56,585 nt of DNA from Octopus bimaculoides (taxonomy: Eukaryota), in assembly GCF_001194135.2 (NCBI RefSeq), contig NC_069001.1, forward strand, positions 788,758 through 845,342, read 5' to 3'. Below the pieces are notes generated by a model. It was not told the origin of the DNA and did not search any database. It saw nothing but the letters and a program-made list of their open reading frames with translations. Both the position numbers and the translations under genes were made by a program. Positions 27,458-40,849 of the stretch are shown here, in pieces. The number at the start of each line of letters is the position of its first letter. Within the stretch, counting starts at the first letter, position 1.

Positions 27458-28846
27458 TCCATCCTGGACAGGGCGCTGATCCATTGCAAGAACACTTGTT
27501 TCTACTGAGTGGATAGAGGCAGCATGAAAAGAGTAGGGGTTCTACTCCTACTTCTAGTTTGTTGGTAGTAGAATAAATTGCATAGGGGTTTTTTAAGATT
27601 TTGAAATCCCTAACTAGCTTTGTCCCCTGCCCCCATCGTTTACAGATGTAAACGCGTGTAATAACAGATAACAGCTGTTCCCCAAATATAGACATGAATC
27701 ATACACCCACTCCACAACCTCCATGTGTAGATACGAAAGGAATCACGAAGTCCTTATGTTAGTTAATCGTAAGACTTTTCTTCGTGCCAACATCTTAAAC
27801 TGATGATATCACATTCGTTCTCCTTAACATTTACACACACACACGCACACACGCACACACACACACACACACAAACAAGTGCGTCAAAGAAATAAATAAT
27901 CTGTTCTAGGATTTGACATTTTATTAAACGAGGTCATTTCTTCTTGTAGTCCTGGTGGCATTCACGTACATACAAACACAAGCACGTGCTCCAGCATGGT
28001 CTCAAACATGATAGCTAAGAAAAATCAAAGAACACATAAACATACAGAGAACATGTACACATATATTGCAAATGCTATGCATACACAAAACAGATGCATG
28101 TTCCACACACGCTCCAGTATGGGCTCAGCTATTATCACTAGCAGAAACTTTAAAAAGAAACTGAAACATACGCAAGCATACAAGCAGCACATTTACGCTA
28201 ACACTGCTTCACCCACAAATACATCCTCCACACATGCTCCAGCATGAGCTTAACCATAATGGCTAAAAGGAACTGAATGACATACAAATGCTTTGCTGTA
28301 TGTGTGTCTCTTTGTTTATCCATCTTCACCCACCACCACATGACAACCAGTGTTGGTTTGTTTATGTCCACATAACTTAGTGGTTCAGTAAAATGGACTG
28401 ATAGAGTAAGTACCAGACTTACAAAACAAAAAAGAGTATATATAGATATGTAAATGTGTATCAGGGTTGATTTGATCAACTAAAACTCTTTGAGGAAGGA
28501 GGTGCCCCCGCATGGCCACAGTCCAATGACTGAAACAAGTAAAACACACACACACACACGCATACACTGAAATTGTGTCACACAAACACACATCCATTCT
28601 AATAGTCATATTCCAAATGCTGCTTATATAAAATGAAGAAAGACAAAATTCTGAACACAGGGTTATTGTCTTACAAATAACAACACACAAGAGACTTAAT
28701 ACAACAATTAATTTTACCCCTTTCTTTTTTCTGAAATGTGGAGTTTTATATGGTTATAAAAAAAACTTCAGCTTAGAAAACAAATAAAAGCTTGTATTCA
28801 GACAAAAATAAAACCTATATATATATGAATGCTGTTGTTCTTGGCC

Positions 28847-29063
28847 TTAACCTTTTTGATAGCAACCCACCTGAGGCTGTCACTGGTTCTAAAACACAAT
28901 CTTCATATTTTAAAGTGACCTAAATTTAAACGTTCCATCAAAGCTTTCATATTAATTTATGTCCCAAACGCCTGCCTAATGAATGACAAAGTTATTTCAC
29001 TGAACTTTTTTATTATTTCCAGAATAAAATCTAAACTAAGGCAGATTGTAACAGAAGGGTTAA
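28847..29063 (-). mobile_element. Complete TTAA-bounded piggyBac-like MITE
   Basis: TTAA-CCTTTTTGATA...CAGAAGGG-TTAA. A TTAA target with CC...GG ends is characteristic of piggyBac-type elements. Confidence 0.75.
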
Positions 29064-29345
29064 AAATCATCTAAATTAAAACATTCCATCAAAATTTTGG
29101 GTTAATTTATGGTCCACAAACCAGCTTAATTAACAACAAAGGTATTTCACTGAATTCATCGTTATTTTCAAAATTAAATGGCAGAAAAGCAGTCTGTTTC
29201 AACAGAAAGATGGTGACAAAAGGTTAGCACACAGTTCCAGGTTCAGTCCCACTGTGTGGAACCATAGGCAACTGTCTTCAACTAAACTGTCATGATGACC
29301 AAAACCTTGAAAGTGGATTTGACAGACGGAAACTGAAAGAAGCCT

Positions 29346-29379
<34 letters not shown>

Positions 29380-32300
29380 CGTATATCATCATCATTATTG
29401 TTTAACATCCTCCTTGCATGCTGGCATGGGTTGGACAGTTTGACAGGAACTGGCTGGGTAGGGGTCAGCACCAGACTTCTGTGTCTGTTTTGATTGAATA
29501 TGTGCTAGGCTTACACAAGAAAAAGTGCTGGGGTCAATTTGTTAACTAAAATCCTTCAAGGCAGTGCCCCAGCAAGGTCATAGTGGCAGGATGTACTTTC
29601 GACATTGGTCTTAAAAAACTTGCTTACATTACACACATAAAACACGTCTCTTCACTTTGACCTTGTACCAAAACTTTTGTTGAAAATTCTTAGCAAGACG
29701 TGAATACGTATCTATTATTGACATTTACCATTTTGTGCAAATACTCAAGAATCTTTTTCCCTCCCACGATTTCATACGATTAGCACATGACATGGTTGTA
29801 TCAAGCACAAAAAAAGAAATTTAAAAAATAAAAACAAAAAAAAACACAATAAAAATTTCTTTAAATAAATAAAACTAAAAATAGAAATTAGGCATGTTGA
29901 TAAGATAAACATCAAAGAAGTAAATAAAGGAGGGTGACGNNNNNNNNNNTGCAATAAGAGCACCCGTGGTTGTGTGATCCAAGAAATGTACTTTTGTAAT
30001 TCCATGGTGCTAAGTTTGGTCTCACAACTCTGTAATCTTGAGAGACCAGTTTCATGGAAGCTGCACATCAAAACTGCATCTTTGTCATCCATTGCCATTA
30101 TCTTACTAAGATATTTGTCTCAAATGTAAAATGATAATATAGGCCAGCAATTTCAATTACATCAACCCCAGTATTCAACTGGTACTTATTTTATCGACCC
30201 CGAAAGGATGACGATGATCCGAGTAAAACTAAACAATAAACAGTTGAAACAACAGAACAGACAATGACTATTATCATATGGCAATGGTATGTAACAGTTG
30301 AGAGAGACAGAGAAAGAGAGGAAGATAATATCACAGCACTTGGTCCATTATCATTTTAATTCCCTCACTGAAATAAGGTTAGACTAATCAGCTTAAGCAC
30401 GCTGCTGCTGCCGCTGCTGCTGGTGCCGCCCAGGCTCGTTCATGCTTTTGTCATCTCCATTCAAATCCACAGAGTCAGTTGCCTCCAGTCGTTTTATATG
30501 TTGTTTGATTCCCAGGCCAGCACTGATTGTGCAAGTCCCAGGATCAAAGACAATCCACTTACCATTCTGGTAAAGTAAATGGACACAAAGCAAAAAATTA
30601 AATAGAAGAGGAGGTAAAATGCCTTCTTGAGAAACACTGACAATTCTTCCACCGTTCTTCTGCCAAGAGCTTGACAATGTGCCTATTTAGACAAAGTTCT
30701 ATTGACTTCCTGCCTGATTAATTCAAGATCATGTACACAGAGAGAGGGGAGGGGGAGAAAGAAAGAGACAGACAGAAGAAATGGGGGGAAGGAGATAAAC
30801 AGCAGAGCGAGAGAGAAAGAGAAGATGACCTAATTAATTAACAAAACAACTGGTTATCACCATCATCATCATATTTTTTTTTTCACCAAGCTGACAGGGA
30901 CTGGATGAACCTCACAGCATCTCACTATCTGTCACAGTGTTTATGCCATCTGGATGACTCAGCCACAGAGAAAACTTGCCAATCTTTGTTGCATGTGCAA
31001 TGATTTAATGCCCTTCCTAGCACCAACCCCTTCACATCATAGACCAGGTGCATTTTACCATACCACCAGCACTAGAGAGGCTGACTATAACAAGATTTAA
31101 GAGTCAACCATTATTTTGCATCAGATTCAGTTTCTGTTGCAGACTTACCATTATTCTGCACTCTGAGCAGCAAACATTTCCTGATCATTCAAGCAGCCCA
31201 TTAAATTTTTCAAAATGCCAAGAACTTAACATACAAAATAATCAGATAAACTTGGCAATTATTTTGAAATACTATGTGTGTGTGAGTGTGCACGCATGTA
31301 TGTGTGAGTGTGTCTTTGTATTGTATTTGTCTCTTACCCACCTCTTGACAACTAGAAGTTTATGTTCCCATAACTTAGTGGTTTGGCAAAAGAAACTGTT
31401 AGAATGAGTACCAAACTTATGAAAAAGGAAAGTATTGGAGTCAATTTGTTTGACTAAAACCTTTCAAGGCGGTGCCCCAGCATGGCCACAGTCCAATGAC
31501 TGATAAAAGAATAAAAAAGATAAAAGAATAAAAAAGATAATGTAAATATTATGTTTAATACTTCAATAGGGAAACATTCTTTTGTAAAGTGATTCGCTAA
31601 AAAGAATAATAAAATACAACAAACTAAAATAGACATATTAGATCTCATTCTACAAAGAATGTTTATTTCCTTGGCATTATTCATTAAGGGGGGGGGGACA
31701 GAAAAATACAAAAAAAAAACTTCAAAAAAAAATTCTTGGAATAAATTGCACAGGAAAAAAAAATTATACTCCTAAAAAAAACTCAAAAGCCAACACAACC
31801 AATAAACTAAAATTTAAATTTAAATATATATATATACACATACAAGTTTCAGGTGTTTATAGTCAAGCTATATATAGATGTCTCTCCACAGGAGAACTAA
31901 ACTTAGAAAGCTTACTAAGACAATAAAATGTAAAAATAAAACATAAAGTTACTATATATAGCGCACCTCTGCAAGCATTTAGGATTTCCAAATATTTCTG
32001 GATCATTATTTGAGATGAAAGATATGTGCAAGTTTCTTTCCAGACAGGAAGTGAATTATCTAGGTCTGTTGCTAACGAAACTGATACCACAATTAAAAAG
32101 TGATGATGACAGGTGGATAGCATGGCAATTGTACCACAGCCTTTTTGGAGTCTATATAACTGCAGAGGGCATTTAAAATAGATAATAGTGGGTGTGTGGG
32201 TTCGGTGATGCAAACAAGAAGATAGAAGTCAAAAACATGAGTATATATTATTAATCAGCAGATGTTACAGAGTGACTCAAAGGCCAAGAATCTTGTGCAT

Positions 32301-32877
32301 CGGCACTTGGCAATTGGAATTTATCAAGTGCCAATGCACAAAACTCTTGGCCCTTGAGTCACTCTGTAACTGAAGCCAGTTCTGTTCTCACAGCATCAAA
32401 CCAGAGGAAACAAGACTCAGTGCTCTGAGAAGTAAAACAAATAATAATAATAACAATATTTGGCTGCTGCTTCTAGCACACCCAGTGACCACATAGAGGC
32501 TCCCACATTGAAGGTATGTGGTAAATAGGTTGTAATATATTGAAAGAGATGCGATTAGTGGAAGATTGGTTGTAATTAAGACAACAGTGGTTGAAATTAG
32601 TTCCTGGATGATACAATGAACACTGACTTGACAACAAGTATGTAATTAGTTTTGGTCAAAGCTCGTTTAACTGATCCACACTTAGAGCAGAAATGTTTAC
32701 TTTCTTTTTTATGAAACAATGTTCTTTTTATGGATTTTTTTTTCTTCATAGTTTACATCTCACCCTGTCAAAAGGGTGTCCGATGTCTCAGAAATGTGAG
32801 TAAGTCTCTTCTACTATAACCCAGGACTGACCAAAACCTTACGAGAAGATTTGGAAGACAAAAACTGACAAAACCCC

Positions 32878-32944
<67 letters not shown>

Positions 32945-34590
32945 AGGTTTAGCTTTTATCATCATCATCACCACCATTGTTTTAACATCTGCTTTTCCAT
33001 GCCTGCATGGGTCAGACAGTGGTGATAATGGTGATGATGATGACAGTTCTGATAGTGGTGGTGATGATGATGATAGTGATTATTATAATGATGGTTATGT
33101 TGACAATGGTGGTTATGATGTTGATGGTGATGATGATGGTTACAGATGGTGATGATAATGGCTATGATGATGGTGATGATGACAATAATGATTGTGATGT
33201 AACAATGATGATGATGTTTATGATGATGATAAAATAACATAGCTATACTTTCGACAGGAAGTTCCCTAAAATAACCTTACTGATCCACAGCCGGGGAGGG
33301 TGCTCTTTTCTTTTTTCTTCTTTTTTATATTCCCCATAATCTTTAATTAAGACTTTTAATTTATTTATCCAAGCCAACTTCCCGCTAGTTCCATTTATAC
33401 CATTTTTCACCACAACATGAAAAAATAAAGAAAAAGCCAAAAAACACTCTGCAACATAAAAAAAAGGAGGAAAGAAGTACCAAAAAAAAAAAAGAAACTA
33501 AAAAAATCACTAACACAGCAAAAAAAAAAGTTTCATTAGAAGAATTTTCTTTTTTCTACCTCTTAGTCAGAGAGGAAGTGTCAACACTAATAACCTTTCT
33601 TCGCAATATATCTATTGGTGCAGACAGAGCTGCGTGGCCATGAAGTTTGTTTTCAAACCATGTGGTAATGGGTACAGTGTCACTGCATGGCAACTTGGGC
33701 AAATGTCTTCTACTATAGCCCCTGGCTGACCAAAGCCTTGTCAATGGATATGATAGACATAAACTGAAAGAAGCCCATCATGTATATTCATATGTGTGTG
33801 TGTGTGTGTGTGTGTGTGTACATGAGAGAGAGAGAGAGAGAGAGAACCCTTTTTTAGATGTCACCTGGATTTTGCAAATGAGCATCATTGCCATACGAGC
33901 AATGTCGTTCATTTCTAACCAGTCTTCTGTGGAAAACAGGTCTGATCAAGGGGAAATATTCCCTTGTCTGGAAACTAGTGAAGGTTGGTGACAAGCTGGC
34001 CATCTGGCCCTATAGAAAAGTCATGATTATATATATATACACACACACATCACTATATATCTATATATATGTGTGTATGTATAAATATTACATTGTATCT
34101 ATTTACATGTAGCACTTCCAGTACAAGTACCGATGCCTAACAAGCTTAAACGCTAAGTGGACTTCACAAACACAAGTGGTGTATATATGTACAAGAAACC
34201 ATTTTCTTAGTATTTCTTTTTTTAGTCTTTTTGTTTGTTTGTTTTTTCAGCAGTCGGCAAATGTGTGTCTGCCTGTGCATGTTTTTTTAATGAACTAAAA
34301 AAAAATAATACTAATAATTATATAGATTACAAAAACAGAAATTATTTCAGTCACTCTTTGCTCCATAGCTTCCTCACAGGATTCCTCTTGCACAGATTAA
34401 AAAAGAGATTGCAGATTATTATGCAATATATAAGCACAAGCATAACTGTGTGGTTAAGAAGTTTAACTTGCAGCTGTGTGGTTTCAGGTTCAGTCCCCCT
34501 GTCCAGCACCTTGAGCAAGTGTCTTCTACTAAAGCTCCAGGGAAATCAATGACTTGAGAGTGAATTTCATAGACAGAACCTATGTTAACG

Positions 34591-34643
<53 letters not shown>

Positions 34644-37479
34644 CATAAAATCATGAGGTATGAAAGGTGAATATATATCTAACATGACATACATGGAAGT
34701 ACCGGGGTTAAATAAATATATCTTCTCCTCTCATACATTATGGTTTTATATATTGCTAATGAAATAATTGAATGGTGCTTTTTATGTGCCACCACCATGG
34801 GAGCCAGTGAGCCGGCACTGGCAACAGTCACGCTCAAGTGGTGATGTAAAAAAAAAAAAAAAAGTAGGGCAAAATATCTGTATATACATATAAGCAATGT
34901 GGGACAACAATTATTTATATTGTGTTTTAATTTTACATTAATTTTCTTTTTCTGTAATTATGTAATTTCAATTTTTCTCTTAGGTTTTTTTNNNNNNNNN
35001 NNNNNNNNNNNNNNNNNNNNNNNNNNNNNNNNNNNNNNNNNNNNNNNNNNNNNNNNNNNNNNNNNNNNNNNNNNNNNNGGGGGGGGGGGAATCTTCTGGG
35101 TTTTGGTTATCTTTATTTCTTACTTGATTCAATCTTTGGACTGCATTTTAGCCAAGCAAATTGACCCCAGTGCTTAATTCTTAAGTTTGGCACTTCTTCC
35201 ATAGGTCCCTTTTGCTAAATTGCAAAATTATAGGGATGTAGACAAACTCCCACCAGTTGTCAAGCAGTGATGGGGGGTAAACACACACACACACACACTA
35301 TGATCTTACATACAATTTCCACTGACCAACCCCAATCTCAAGGCATTGTTTGGCCTGAAGCTATTGTAAAATACATTTGCCCAAAGCACTCTGCCATGCA
35401 AAGGAACTGACCACCCCCAAACTGCATGGCTGAGAAGTGATCTTGTTAACCACACAGTCAAGCCTACACTTCAAATCACAAACAACAATTATGAAACAAA
35501 CACTGTGTCTGTTTCTGATATTAATCCTGCTTCTTCGCTGGCTGGCGTAACTAATGAGAACTTAATATCAACTGTGTTAGAAATTTACCATGATTCATAA
35601 TAGGAAGGTCCAACACACACACACACACAAAGAGGAAAACCCAGAGCTACACAGCATACACACACAAATACATACATATATCCATATGCAAACACATTTC
35701 CTGATGTTTGCTAAATACAATAGTAACAAAAAAGTGAAAAAGAAATACCAAATAAATAACATTATATATATATATATNNNNNNNNNNNNNNNNNNNNNNN
35801 NNNNNNNNNNNNNNNNNNNNNNNNNNNNNNNNNNNNNNNNNNNNNNNNNNNNNNNNNNNNNNNNNNNNNNNNNNNNNNNNNNNNNNNNNNNNNNNNNNNN
35901 NNNNNNNNNNNNNNNNNNNTATATATAAGTATTTATGTGTGTCATGTTATTTTTGTGAATTTTTATGAATTGTCGCTTCACTGATTATTGGGTATTTGGG
36001 TTGGTTGGTTGGTTGGTTGGTTGGTTGGTCAGATAGGGGGCTTGGTTTTGTCATGTTCCCTGAGATGACATCATAATCATGATGATGTCATTAATCTCTT
36101 CCCAGACTTTGCAAGGCCACTCTTAAGTGAGAGTCATTTAGGATTAATAGAGCAAAACAAAACAAACAAGAACAAAAATAAAAAAGGTTTTTTTTTCCTT
36201 TTCCTTTTTCCTTGCTTTATTTATTGAAGCTGCCCACACCTCACCTGCTGTGGATTGTAGCATACCTAGGGTTCAGAAGATATTTCCTGGCCAGGTTAGC
36301 TGTACTCAGTGACAGTATCCAGCAATGGATGTTTAGTTCTGCCGCCTACAGAGTTAGCAAGAGCTCTAACACACACACACATTTACACACGCATACACAC
36401 AAACACATACAGACACACACACACACACACAGCAACCGAATCTACAGGCCATTTCTTTGGATATTGACCAGGCCACTTGCATCCTAGAAATATTTGGCAA
36501 CCCAAAACCATGTGGTGGGGAAGTGATTTAACCACACACATCTGGATTGTGATCTTATTTTACTAAACCCTTCTAAACTCTTGATTTTTTCCCCAAAATT
36601 ATTTTAAACATACAGTCATTGTATTTCATGAAGAATAGTGTTATGAAACGAATCAACCCATTTGTCATTATTTACCATCGTGTTTCTGTTGAAATACAGT
36701 GCTTTTGTTGCAATAAATTTTTTGAAAATACTGAAGAATTTAGCAAAATAACTTTCTTTATTAAGCTGATGATTGGAACATAAAGAAACATAAAATTTTG
36801 ATGGAAAGTATTAATTTAGATCACTTTAACCCTTTTGTCATATTTCTTATAACATACACAACCTTTGTTTCAATTAATTTTTGAAAATAATGAAGAATTT
36901 AGTCAAATATTTTGTTGTATGTCAGGAGGGTCATTATGCCATTATAAACACACCCACTGGTTCTATTTCACTTCTTTTTTTGTGTTAATTGGCAACCTCA
37001 TCAATGACATGACCTTTGCCACTCCAAGTCTGCCTCAGATAACTTTGTCGTTATTAAGCTGGCGTTTAGAACATAAATTGCTTTCTACTATAGGTATAAG
37101 CCCTGAAATTTTGGGGGAGGGGGCTTGTCAATTATACTGTCCCCTGTGCTCAATTGTTACATATTTTATCAACCCCAAAAGGATGAAAGGCAAAGTCAAC
37201 CTTGGGAGAATTTGAACTCAGAATATAAAGATCCAAAAGAAATACCACTAATTTTACCCAACATATCAACGATTCTGCCAGCTGCCACCTTGTTTTGAAC
37301 ATAAACCAACATGAAATTTTCATGTAAACTTTTAATTCAGATCACTTTAAGGCAGGAAGTTTGAATCAGCAAACCAGGGGTGGTGCCAAGCAGGTTGGTA
37401 TTCAAAGGGTTAATAAATAAAAAAAAATTAAAAAAAGGAAAAAGAAATCATTCCCCAAAATCTCAGAAAAATCTCTCAC

Positions 37480-37777
37480 CCGTTGCTGAGTCATTCTTGC
37501 TAATGCGATAGGCATTCAGATCTTGAAGTTCCTCGCGGAGTTCGGTTAATTTGTTATTCGCTCGCTTTACAAGGCTGTTGATGTTGGATAAGCTTTTCTT
37601 GTCTGTGCTCACCTCCCGAAGGCGTTCAGCACCTTCTTTAATTTTCATCTCTTTCCGAATTTCTTTCTTCAAATTCTCACACGCATGATCAAGATGCTGC
37701 TGGATGCTGGCATCGGAGAGATCGGCTAAATGATATCGAGCTTCTAGGTCAGCATGAGTATTTTTGGTGTAACCTCC
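37480..37777 (-). CDS. PKN: Protein kinase N exon encoding HR1a (first confidently identified coding exon, 298 nt, phase 0 to 1)
   Basis: Acceptor ttcttctgcag|GGAGGT and donor ACGG|gtgaga. Encodes GGYTKNTHADL...LKKEIRKEMKIKEGAERLREV...KLTELREELQDLNAY, carrying the HR1 signature EIRKE-KIKEGAE-L of PKN HR1a. Confidence 0.96.
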
Positions 37778-37889
37778 CTGCAGAAGAACAGAAAAAAATA
37801 ATAATAATAATAAAATAAAATTTAGGTAATGTGCATTGTAATTGGATCCAAAGAGTAAATGAAAAATTACAACAGCCTTGAACCAGTTT

Positions 37890-37938
<49 letters not shown>

Positions 37939-39084
37939 TATACAGATGTGTATACACACTCACAAATCCACCTCCCTTGAAAATTGATGATAAATGGTGA
38001 ACAGGCATAGGAGTGGCTGTGTGGTAAGTAGCTTGCTTACAAACCACATGGTTCCGGGTTCAGTCCCAAGCGTGGCACCTTGGGCATGTGTCTTCTACTA
38101 TAGCCTCAGGCCACAAATTTTATGGGGATGGGTATAGTTAATTTCATCACTCCAGTACTAGACTGGTACATTTATCTTTGTTTATAATGCTTTTTGTTAA
38201 AACGACAATAAAAAATTTAAAAAACTGTTTAATGAACCGGAGTTCAACTCAGACCCTCAGGTAACATTTAACATAAGACCACAAAGCATTTTGTCAATCA
38301 CTCCACCAATTATTAAAATTGTTTCAGAACAGCTGGAGGTGTATTCTGAAATGTTCTTTAACTTGTTTCAGTCATTTGGCTGCGGCCATGCTGGAGCACT
38401 GCTTTAATTGAATTTTACAGAATTTCTCCTACATATGGTAATAAACACGGTGAAGATTTAATTTTGTCCTAAAATAAGTATTTCAATGCCAGAATTGGTT
38501 TTATCTGATAAATAAGGAAAAAGTTAGACTTGGCTTGCTGCCTCTCTGGGCCGTAGCCAACATAACCATAACACCAGCACCACCAGTAGCAGCAGCAACC
38601 CCCCACCACCAGCATCACAGCCACCAGCACCACCATCATCACCACCACCAGCACCAGCAGCAGCAAAATAGGAAATCAATATGAAGAAAATGATACTGTT
38701 TTATCTGAAATAACCTTGGAAGAAGAGCAGTGATGCAAAATTTGAAATTCATCTGTGCAAAGAGGGTCTAATGAAAGTAGTTTGAAGAAAATGTTGCCAA
38801 TGGCAACCATGTGTCATAAAGAAAAAAAAAAAAAGAACTGAACAAGGAAAATTGATTTACAAATTCCTTTGACTTGACTAGAACGTTTGTCTGTCATCTC
38901 TTTTACTTGTTACAGTCATTGCACTGCAGCCATGCTGGAGCACCTCCTTCAAGGGCTTTACTCAAGCAAATTGATCTCAGTACCTATTTCTGCATTGAAG
39001 CCTGTTTCTTATTCCAAGAGTCTCTTTTGCTAAACTGCTAAGTTATGGGGGATGTAAACAAACCGACACCGGTTATCAAGTGGT

Positions 39085-39320
39085 GATGGGATTGACGATC
39101 AGATCAGACATCGGAAACCAGGCATTGTTGTAGTGAAGAAAAAAGAAAAAACATGGCATGTATCGGAGACAACAGGATCTAAGAGAAAGGAAAAAGTGCA
39201 ACTGTACAACTACAACGATTTGAAGTGGGGAAATACACAGGTTGTGGTCAATGAAGAGAGTGGACGTGATGCTAATGGTAATTGGTACGCTTAGAAGTAT
39301 CAGCACTCAACAGCCGAAAT
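39085..39320 (+). mobile_element. Remnant of a restriction-like-endonuclease LINE (R4/Dong-like) ORF C-terminus
   Basis: One frame gives QIRHRKPGIVVVKKKEKT...YNDLKW and a shifted frame gives WSMKRVDVMLMVIGTLRSI. These match the RxPDIVVV, KYxDL and VIGALG motifs of PD-(D/E)xK LINE endonucleases. Confidence 0.65.
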
Positions 39321-39515
39321 GGCTTCTTTCAGTTTCTGTCAACCAGGTTTTGTCACAAGGTTTTGATCAGCCTAGGGTTATAGCAGAAGATACTTACCCA
39401 AGGTACCATGCAGGGGGACTGAACCCAAAACCACATAATCAGGGAGCAAAATTCTTAACCACACAATTACATCCATGCCTACACACACGCACACACATGT
39501 ATTGTATACATAGAG

Positions 39516-39560
<45 letters not shown>

Positions 39561-40818
39561 NNNNNNNNNNTTAACATGAAACATTGCGAAAAGCATCAAT
39601 TTCATAGTATAAATAATTCTTTATAATTTTGGCAAAAGGCCAGCAGTTTTAGTGGTGGTGGGCATGTTGATTACATTGACCCCCCCCCCTTCCCCCAGTA
39701 TTTGACTGGTATTTTATTTCATCGACTGCAAAAGGATACAAAGCAAAGTTGATCCCACAACAGGATTTTAGCTCAGCCCACAAAGAGCTGGAAGCAATGT
39801 TGCTAAGCATTTTTGCTGAGATAACAATTTTATCAGCTTGCCACAACAATAATAATAATAATAACAATAATAATAATAATAATAATAATGATGATAATAA
39901 TTTCTATTATAGGTGCAAAGTCTGAAATTTTCTGGGGGAGGGAGCTAATTGACTACATTGGCCCCAGAGTTGAACTGTTCTAATTTTATCAACCCCAAAA
40001 GGGTGAAAGGCAAAGTCAATCTTGGCAGGATTTGAATTCAGAATGTAAAGCGCCAGAAAAAATGCTGATAATTATTTTGTCTGAGGTGAGAATGATTCTA
40101 CCAGCTTGTTGCCTTCGTTTAATATTTTGGTAATATAAGCATTTTATTTCAAAACACCCAGCTTGTCCACTTTCATTGTTACTGGAATAGAATTCTTCAA
40201 CCACCTCCCAGACATTCTTGGCTCAACTAAAAATACTTGACACACCACCAACCGTTTCCTTCTTCCTTTTTTCGTCACGAAACAAAGCCATTCTCCAATG
40301 ACATGTAGGACAATTGTTACATTTGCCTTTTGACACCATCTCCTCCTCATCCTCCAACATTCTTTTCCATTTCCATAAGGGGCAGTTCACAAGATAAGAA
40401 GAGTTATGTACTCAACACTAGCCAACTTGCTTTTGCCATTTGTCCCTTGTGGTAACAAGGTCAGCAGCTTCATTACATCTTATATTACATCCGGTTAAAT
40501 CGCCATTAATTAGATTATAAAACATACATCTTTCACACAACTCCTCCAATAATGCTTTGCATGGCTCAAATCAATGGTCAGTAGACTATTTTACTATATT
40601 TGTTGGCAATATTAAGGTAACACATTTTTTTTTTCCCACAGAAAAAAAAACGAAAAAAAGAGAAAAGAAAGGGGAACAGTCTCAAAAATCACCCCAGATC
40701 CTAGGACTCTCATATGCTTTAATTCACTGGAAACTTCTTTTTTTCCTGAAAATACATTCCCAAAATTGGGGTGCGTCTAATATCCTGTGCATCTTTTATG
40801 CCATCAAACACATACATA

Positions 40819-40849
<31 letters not shown>

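Noticed and set aside
30393-30677. 94-aa minus-strand ORF with a Gln-rich tail
   Set aside because: It has a TTG start only, no recognisable domain, and a tail from a CAG-like repeat. Only the embedded splice-site pattern was kept.
38003-38112. tRNA-like A and B boxes
   Set aside because: This is a SINE head: no full cloverleaf is evident and it continues into the SINE body, so no tRNA gene was called.
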